From assembly GCA_002842495.1 (NCBI GenBank), contig PHDB01000014.1, positions 636-64,635 on the forward strand: 64,000 nucleotides of DNA, read 5' to 3'. The notes beneath the pieces are model-generated. The model was not told where the DNA came from, did no database searches, and worked only from the letters and a program-made list of their open reading frames with translations. Within the stretch, counting starts at the first letter, position 1; each line of letters opens with the position of its first letter. This document shows, one piece after another, positions 58,128-64,000 of the stretch. The position numbers were made by a program, and so were the translations under genes. The stretch is from Bacteroidetes bacterium HGW-Bacteroidetes-6 (GTDB taxonomy: Bacteria > Bacteroidota > Bacteroidia > Bacteroidales > DTU049).

Positions 58128-58135
58128 TACTTTTG
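58128..58135 (+). promoter_or_regulatory. -7 box (TActTTTG) 5 nt upstream of the lptB ATG
   Basis: TAnnTTTG match. The spacing implies a leaderless or near-leaderless mRNA. Confidence 0.4.
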
Positions 58136-58139
58136 AGCA

Positions 58140-58874
58140 ATGAAACTCAGCGCTGAAAATATTGTAAAACGTTACCGCTCGCGCACTGTGGTGAAAGGTG
58201 TGTCATTCGAGGTCAACCAGGGCGAGATTGTCGGGTTGCTTGGTCCCAATGGTGCAGGAAAGACAACATCGTTTTATATGGTTGTTGGTCTGATAAAACC
58301 TAATGAAGGAAAAGTTTTTCTCGATAATAGTGACATTACCGAATTGCCCATGTACAAACGTGCACAGCGGGGTATTGGTTATCTGGCTCAGGAGGCTAGT
58401 GTTTTTCGCAAACTTAGCGTGGAAGACAATATTTTGGCAGTGCTTCAGTTCACCAAGCTTTCGCGTGATGACCAGAAGAAAAAACTAGAGTCGTTGCTTG
58501 ATGAATTTGGCTTACAGCGAATAAGAAAAAGTAAAGGAATTCAACTCAGTGGAGGCGAACGCAGGCGAACAGAGATTGCCCGTGCTTTGGCAGTTGATCC
58601 GAGTTTTATTTTACTCGACGAGCCATTTGCCGGAGTCGATCCTATAGCGGTTGAAGATATTCAGGAAATCGTGGCTGGTTTACGCGACCGAAATATTGGC
58701 ATTCTGATTACCGACCACAATGTGCACGAAACGCTCACCATTACCGACCGAGCCTATTTGCTTTTCGAAGGCGATATTATCAAAGCTGGTACTTCCGACG
58801 AGCTAGCCGACGACGAATATGTGCGCAAAGTGTATCTGGGAAAGAATTTTGAACTTCGAAAAAACTCCAAATAG
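58140..58874 (+). CDS. lptB: LPS export ABC transporter ATP-binding protein
   Basis: Walker [28 protein letters not shown], signature LSGGERRR and Walker B ILLDEP. Confidence 0.9.
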   Translation: MKLSAENIVKRYRSRTVVKGVSFEVNQGEIVGLLGPNGAGKTTSFYMVVGLIKPNEGKVFLDNSDITELPMYKRAQRGIGYLAQEASVFRKLSVEDNILAVLQFTKLSRDDQKKKLESLLDEFGLQRIRKSKGIQLSGGERRRTEIARALAVDPSFILLDEPFAGVDPIAVEDIQEIVAGLRDRNIGILITDHNVHETLTITDRAYLLFEGDIIKAGTSDELADDEYVRKVYLGKNFELRKNSK

Positions 58875-58985
58875 CTGTGTTTAGCTATTCGCTTATAAAT
58901 CCAGATTGTTTGATTGTGTTTTGTTGAATTTATTTTGCCTACGGCAGGATGTTTTTTTATATTCAGCCTATATTTGCATTTTTAC

Positions 58986-58993
58986 TACATTTG
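58986..58993 (+). promoter_or_regulatory. -7 box (TAcaTTTG); a second box TAtaTTTG lies at 58969-58976
   Basis: TAnnTTTG match 28 nt upstream of the ATG at 59021. Confidence 0.45.
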
Positions 58994-59020
58994 TATTACA
59001 CCGTATTTAGAGCGTGAAAA

Positions 59021-62000
59021 ATGCTGAAGAAACTCGTCCATAAATACTTTGCATGGTTGCTGCTTGTTTTAGCAGCTGTCATTATTTTTTCAGTTGTTCG
59101 TTATCCTGTCGCCAACCATCGCGACAGGGATAAATCCATTGCTCAGTTTTGCGAAAATATTTCGGGAGTAGCATCCGAAATGGATTCTTTACTGAGCTTT
59201 GCACTCAATCCGGCTTTTTTGAAAGATCCTTTTTCGCTGCTTAGTGTCGAGTCGTTTGTTTCGCAAACACAACGTTTGCATACAACATTGCTTATTACAC
59301 GGAACGATTCGCTTATTTTTTGGAGCAATAGTAGTGCACCTATTGGGTTTTTACCCGACAGCAGTATTTCCGATACAATTGTATTCAGCGGGAATGGATT
59401 TTATTTGTTTAAAAGCCGCCAAATGGGGAGTTACACTGCAACTGCGATGTCGCTGCTTGAAAGCAGGTTTTTTTATCAGAATAATTACCTTCCCGATGAG
59501 GTCGAACCCGATATTTGCAAGGATTGTCCGTTTATTTTAGCTCTCGATACAGCCCGACCCGACACATCGGTTGTTATTTCCGGATTCAAAAATCCGGTTG
59601 GGTTGCTTTGGACACCTACCCAGGAGTCGTTTACTCCTGAAAAAGAGCTGAAAATAATTTTCTTTTTGTTTTTGGCGCTTATTTTTGGGGCAGTTGCATT
59701 CTATAGAATTACTACTTCAATTCCGGTTTTCCGGAATAATAGCTGGCTTAGGCTGCTTTCGATGCTTGTTTTTCCTGCAATATTGTTTTGGATTGGTCGA
59801 ATGGTTTTATCAATGCCAGCCTATTTGCCGCTAAGTATTAATAATCCGGCATTTTTTGCTTTTTCGAGTCGGTTTACACATCTTACACCCTTGCTGCTTA
59901 CGTCGCTTGTTTTGATTGTATATGTCACTTTTTTCAGTCGCGAACTATTGCTGTTTGCCGGAAGAAAACGGCAGCAATTGTTTTTTAAAGTGTTGTTTTT
60001 GTTTCTCGCTTTTCTGGCAACGTCAACTTTGGCTTGTTTTATCATCAACGGCATCTCCGGATTTTTATTCAACACATCTGTCAATTTTGATTTTAACGAT
60101 ATCCTTACATTCGATTTGCGTTCGATATTTATTTTCTTTACCCTGTTTCTGTTGTTCTGCTCTGTTATTCTGCTTCACTACCTTATGATTTCTCTGGTAA
60201 GCAGACTGCGTCTCAGTTTTAAAATATGGTTGCTGGTTTCGTTGGTATTTGTTGTCGTTTCCACACCTGCCGCATGGGCTATTGGAATTAAACCGGGTTT
60301 GTTTGTTCCGGTAGCATTGTATCTGCTTTTGATGCAATTTGTTTTTTCACCGCATTTATACAGCAACAAAGCTGTTTACCTGTTATTGAATCTTGTATTT
60401 GCAGCGGGTCTTACCACCTTTGCGCTTAACGAAGCGGTTTCGCAAAAACAAAACGACCAGATGAAACTGCTTTCGCTCAACTTGGCGACCGAGCAGGATC
60501 CGCTCACCGAGGACATTCTGGGAGATATAATTCCGGATATTTCCACCGATACGTTTTTACTTAATAATCCTTATAAAAAAGACAGGGATTTCAATATTAC
60601 CCAGTATTTAAAACGAAACTACTTTAATGGATATCTCAATCAGTATTTATTACAGGTGACCTGGTGCCGTCCGGATGAGGAAATTATTGTTCAGCCGGCA
60701 AACACGGCTGTTAGCTGTATCGACTTTTTTAGCGACATTGCATTTCGCATGGGGATACCAACATTGGCTGATGAAGTTGTTTTTGTAAACGATGGCTCGG
60801 GACGTGGTTATTATCTTTGTACAATAGAGCTTTGCAACTCCAACGATACGTCGGCTTTATTTGCAGAACTCATTCCGGCTTCTTACGAAAAAGGACTGGG
60901 TTACCCCGATTTGCTTGTTGATGTTAATAGCGGTATCAAAACCATTCCCACCGGGATTTCTTATGCTCGTTATCTCGATGGACAGCTTATTTCGCGCTAT
61001 GGAAAGTACAATTATCCAACGCGCATGAGCATGCTTTTTGAAGCCATGCCTGACGAAACTGTTTATCACGAAGGAGGGCAGGTGCATTTTCGAAGCGAAG
61101 TATCCGACAATCTGGTTCTAGTAATTACTCAAAACGATCGCAACTTCTCATCTTTTTTGGCTCCGTTCAGCTACATACTTCTGCTTTTTGGTTTGCTCTC
61201 GCTGCTTTTTGTACTTAGTGCCGGTAAAGTATTTGGCTTCCGAATTCGCTGGGCAACTACATTCTCTTCGCGACTGCAATGGATGATTGTACTTATTATT
61301 TTGGTTATTTTCTTTGTTGCCGGTATTATTGCCGTTTACAACTTGAGTAGCCTAAACGCAAATAAAAACGAGGAAATTGTTAGCGAAAAAGCACATTCGC
61401 TCATAGTGGAACTCGAGCACAAACTTGGCGATTACGATGTTCTTAACAGCAACAACGAATCTTATCTCACCGAACTTGTGCTTCGTTTTAGTAGAATATT
61501 TTTCATCGACCTTAATATTTATTCACTCGACGGAAAACTTTTATCGACTACGCGGCCGCAAATTTTCGAAAAACAACTGGTGTCCGACAGGATGGACGCT
61601 CAGGCCTATTATGGTTTGTCGTTGCAAAATAATTCGTTTTTACTACATACCGAAATAATCGGGCAAATGAGTTTTTTGTCGGCATATATTCCGGTAAGAA
61701 ATTCTGAAAACAGGGTGATCGCGTACTTGAATTTGCCTTTTTTCGCACGAGGTAATGAACTTAATCGGGAGATTTCGTCGTTTATCAGCACATTTATTAA
61801 TATTTACATGCTTATTATTTTGTTCACTGTGCTTATTACTGTTTTGCTTAGTAACTATATTACGCACCCGCTACGAATGATTAAGGATAAGTTGCGCACC
61901 ATTAAACTGGGAACGACCAACGAAAAAATACTGTGGCGTCGTCGCGACGAAATTGGTGATTTGGTTTTTGAATACAACCGCATGATTGAGGAGTTGGCGT

Positions 62001-62710
62001 TTAAGGCCGAATTATTGGCTCGAAACGAACGCGAAATGGCTTGGAGAGAGATGGCTAAGCAAGTGGCACACGAAATAAAGAATCCGCTTACACCGATGAA
62101 ACTTAGTACGCAGTATCTCGAAAAGGCCTGGAACGATAAAGCAGGCGATTTCGACGAACGCCTGAAACGTTTTGCTCAAACTATGGCCGAGCAAATAGAC
62201 AGCCTCAGCGATATTGCAACAGCATTTTCGAATTTTGGGAAGATGCCTGAATCGACGGTGGTGAGAATTTGTCTGAACGACATTCTGAGTAGCGTTGTAA
62301 CACTTTACAGAAGCGAAGAATACGATATTAGCCTGCATATGCCCGATTCGGCATTGTATGTTATGGCTGACGAAAGTCAAATGTTGCGTGTGTTCAACAA
62401 TTTGATTAAAAATGCACAACAGGCTTTTGTTGCTGGTCGGCGTGGGAATGTAGATGTATCGCTCGGGGAGGATAGTTATTCGTCGGAAAAAAATAAAGCT
62501 GTTGTTGTTGTAACCGACAACGGATGCGGGATTTCGCCCGACTTGCAAAAGAAAATATTCCAGCCCAATTTTACTACAAAGTCATCGGGAACAGGACTTG
62601 GTCTTGCTATGGTGAAAAACATTGTCGATGGATTTGGCGGTAATATAACCTTCGAATCATCCGAAGAAACCGGGACAACGTTTAAAGTGGAACTTCCACT
62701 GGCCGAATAA
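59021..62710 (+). CDS. Very large polytopic sensor histidine kinase (HAMP-like linker, HisKA, HATPase_c)
   Basis: H-box AKQVAHEIKNPLTPM, N-box FNNLIKNAQQA and G-boxes VTDNGCGI and GTGLGLAMV. These are preceded by about 930 aa with many hydrophobic segments. Confidence 0.85.
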   Translation: MLKKLVHKYFAWLLLVLAAVIIFSVVRYPVANHRDRDKSIAQFCENISGVASEMDSLLSFALNPAFLKDPFSLLSVESFVSQTQRLHTTLLITRNDSLIFWSNSSAPIGFLPDSSISDTIVFSGNGFYLFKSRQMGSYTATAMSLLESRFFYQNNYLPDEVEPDICKDCPFILALDTARPDTSVVISGFKNPVGLLWTPTQESFTPEKELKIIFFLFLALIFGAVAFYRITTSIPVFRNNSWLRLLSMLVFPAILFWIGRMVLSMPAYLPLSINNPAFFAFSSRFTHLTPLLLTSLVLIVYVTFFSRELLLFAGRKRQQLFFKVLFLFLAFLATSTLACFIINGISGFLFNTSVNFDFNDILTFDLRSIFIFFTLFLLFCSVILLHYLMISLVSRLRLSFKIWLLVSLVFVVVSTPAAWAIGIKPGLFVPVALYLLLMQFVFSPHLYSNKAVYLLLNLVFAAGLTTFALNEAVSQKQNDQMKLLSLNLATEQDPLTEDILGDIIPDISTDTFLLNNPYKKDRDFNITQYLKRNYFNGYLNQYLLQVTWCRPDEEIIVQPANTAVSCIDFFSDIAFRMGIPTLADEVVFVNDGSGRGYYLCTIELCNSNDTSALFAELIPASYEKGLGYPDLLVDVNSGIKTIPTGISYARYLDGQLISRYGKYNYPTRMSMLFEAMPDETVYHEGGQVHFRSEVSDNLVLVITQNDRNFSSFLAPFSYILLLFGLLSLLFVLSAGKVFGFRIRWATTFSSRLQWMIVLIILVIFFVAGIIAVYNLSSLNANKNEEIVSEKAHSLIVELEHKLGDYDVLNSNNESYLTELVLRFSRIFFIDLNIYSLDGKLLSTTRPQIFEKQLVSDRMDAQAYYGLSLQNNSFLLHTEIIGQMSFLSAYIPVRNSENRVIAYLNLPFFARGNELNREISSFISTFINIYMLIILFTVLITVLLSNYITHPLRMIKDKLRTIKLGTTNEKILWRRRDEIGDLVFEYNRMIEELAFKAELLARNEREMAWREMAKQVAHEIKNPLTPMKLSTQYLEKAWNDKAGDFDERLKRFAQTMAEQIDSLSDIATAFSNFGKMPESTVVRICLNDILSSVVTLYRSEEYDISLHMPDSALYVMADESQMLRVFNNLIKNAQQAFVAGRRGNVDVSLGEDSYSSEKNKAVVVVTDNGCGISPDLQKKIFQPNFTTKSSGTGLGLAMVKNIVDGFGGNITFESSEETGTTFKVELPLAE

Positions 62711-62790
62711 AAAACCCGAGCTATATTTCAGCATCTAATTACGATAAACGGACTGCCGGCAACTAAATATCAACACTTACCCCTATTTTC

Positions 62791-64000
62791 TTATTCCCTC
62801 TTAAGACTCCATCCAATCTTTGATTCCCATCCTTTTTTCACCTGTATGGGTCTTGCCAATGTGAAAACAACTTCGGGTTGTCGTAATTCGCTAAAATTGC
62901 CTGTGGTCCAGTCTTTGTCTTCGTCAATATCAGAAATGATTTTCACAGAATAATCACCCGGAATAAGGTTTTCAAGAACTATTTCTGTTGAATCAATTCC
63001 AATCTCAATCTTTCTGCTCATAGCTTTACTTTCAGCTATAAGAATAAGTTTTGAGTTGGGTCGGTTGGTGAAAGTGAAATGCATCGAGCCCAAATCCTCT
63101 GGCCCCGCAACTTTAAATTTAATAGTGATACTGTCGTTGTTAAAGCCGAAAAAATTGTGAACAGCGCCCTTTTTGAAAGTAATACTACAGTCGTCGCCGG
63201 GTTCAAATTCGGCAAGAATCTTCCAGTAGCAACCTAAACTATCGGCTTTTTGCCATGCTGATACAATGGTGTCGGTATTTTTACAAAAAATGATATTGCT
63301 TGTGTCGGGTGCTTCAAATGGCATTATTGCCGATATTTCAAAAGCTTCGGTAACAGGAAGTATTCCGCCGTGAACCGAAGATCGCAATTTGAAAGTGGTA
63401 TCGGTAACGGTTTTAATTCTTGCTTTGGCTTTCAGGTTTTGCGAAAGGGTGTCGGCAAATATCCCATCGCGGATAATATATTTCAGTGTGTCGTCAATGG
63501 GCGATTTCACCCAAAAAGTAAGTGTATCGATTGTCTTATTCCAGGAATAAAGTATTTTTTCGGCAGATGATAATAATGTGATCTCGGGATTATTCATCGA
63601 CAATCGAAAAGATGAGCGAACTGTTTGGTAGCCGGAAATCTCTGTTTTTAAATGTTTCTGTTCTTTTGCTTTTTCGACAAACAGATACAATTTCAATGAA
63701 TCGATACTTGGATTTTCGGCAGACAATACAATGGGCTCTGCTCTAAATGCTATTTTTTCGTCAGGTAAATCGAAACGAAAATTCGAATTATTGTCTTCGA
63801 TGGCACAAATATAATAATGCCCCGGGGCAACATTGCGGAATTTGAAAGATCCATTATTGTTGCTGTGTGCAATATACAGCGGAATGGTATCGGTAAAGTC
63901 ACTTATTTTTTGATATAAAAGTACCCAGGCTTTTTCGCTTGCTATATTGGTAAATGCATCTCCGATAAAACCTTCTGCCGAGCAGCTATCGAGATAATTT
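62791..64000 (-). CDS. 5'-truncated Ig-like (Big_5/SbsA-type) domain protein, conserved hypothetical
   Basis: The reading frame stays open upstream of the listed TTG at 63726 to the window edge. My translation reads ..NNGSFKFRNVAPGHYYICAIEDNNSNFRFDLPDEKIAFRAEPIV. Confidence 0.6.
   Translation of the reverse strand, partial: NYLDSCSAEGFIGDAFTNIASEKAWVLLYQKISDFTDTIPLYIAHSNNNGSFKFRNVAPGHYYICAIEDNNSNFRFDLPDEKIAFRAEPIVLSAENPSIDSLKLYLFVEKAKEQKHLKTEISGYQTVRSSFRLSMNNPEITLLSSAEKILYSWNKTIDTLTFWVKSPIDDTLKYIIRDGIFADTLSQNLKAKARIKTVTDTTFKLRSSVHGGILPVTEAFEISAIMPFEAPDTSNIIFCKNTDTIVSAWQKADSLGCYWKILAEFEPGDDCSITFKKGAVHNFFGFNNDSITIKFKVAGPEDLGSMHFTFTNRPNSKLILIAESKAMSRKIEIGIDSTEIVLENLIPGDYSVKIISDIDEDKDWTTGNFSELRQPEVVFTLARPIQVKKGWESKIGWSLKRE

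Overview
This 64-kb chromosomal segment reads as Bacteroidota. Many genes are preceded by TAnnTTTG -7 promoter boxes. The window also has T9SS type A and type B C-terminal sorting domains, an S46 dipeptidyl-peptidase and a lipidated Omp85 protein. All identifications come from reading motifs by eye; no searches were run.

I count about 50 protein genes. Most are housekeeping: gmk, yicC, mutS, purB, purD, purF, upp, gap, queD, folE, rnhB, lysC, hemW, mrdA, rodA, thpR and lptB. There are also two tandem tRNA-Val genes (anticodons GAC and CAC). I found no rRNA, CRISPR array, integrase, transposase or prophage body.

Accessory-looking content, in rough order of interest:
- A three-gene secreted fibre locus (16341-19883). 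Two phage-tail-fibre-like proteins share an N-terminal module and flank a tiny T9SS-anchored protein. One fibre carries an S74-type intramolecular chaperone domain.
- An overlap-coupled operon joining a 4-TM protein, an ATPase-less MacB/FtsX-type permease and a lipidated Omp85 (TamL-like) protein with a Lys-rich linker (19969-24195).
- An islet of about 30% GC holding a lone PD-(D/E)xK-like ORF between hemW and purF (51377-52329).
- Tandem choice-of-anchor-L T9SS type B cargo genes (26577-30592).
- A roughly 330-nt structured leader with two upstream ORFs before a MATE efflux gene.
- An orphan 1229-aa polytopic histidine kinase.

I see no unambiguous new multi-gene system. The fibre locus and the permease-Omp85 operon are the best candidates, and both need comparative genomics to test.
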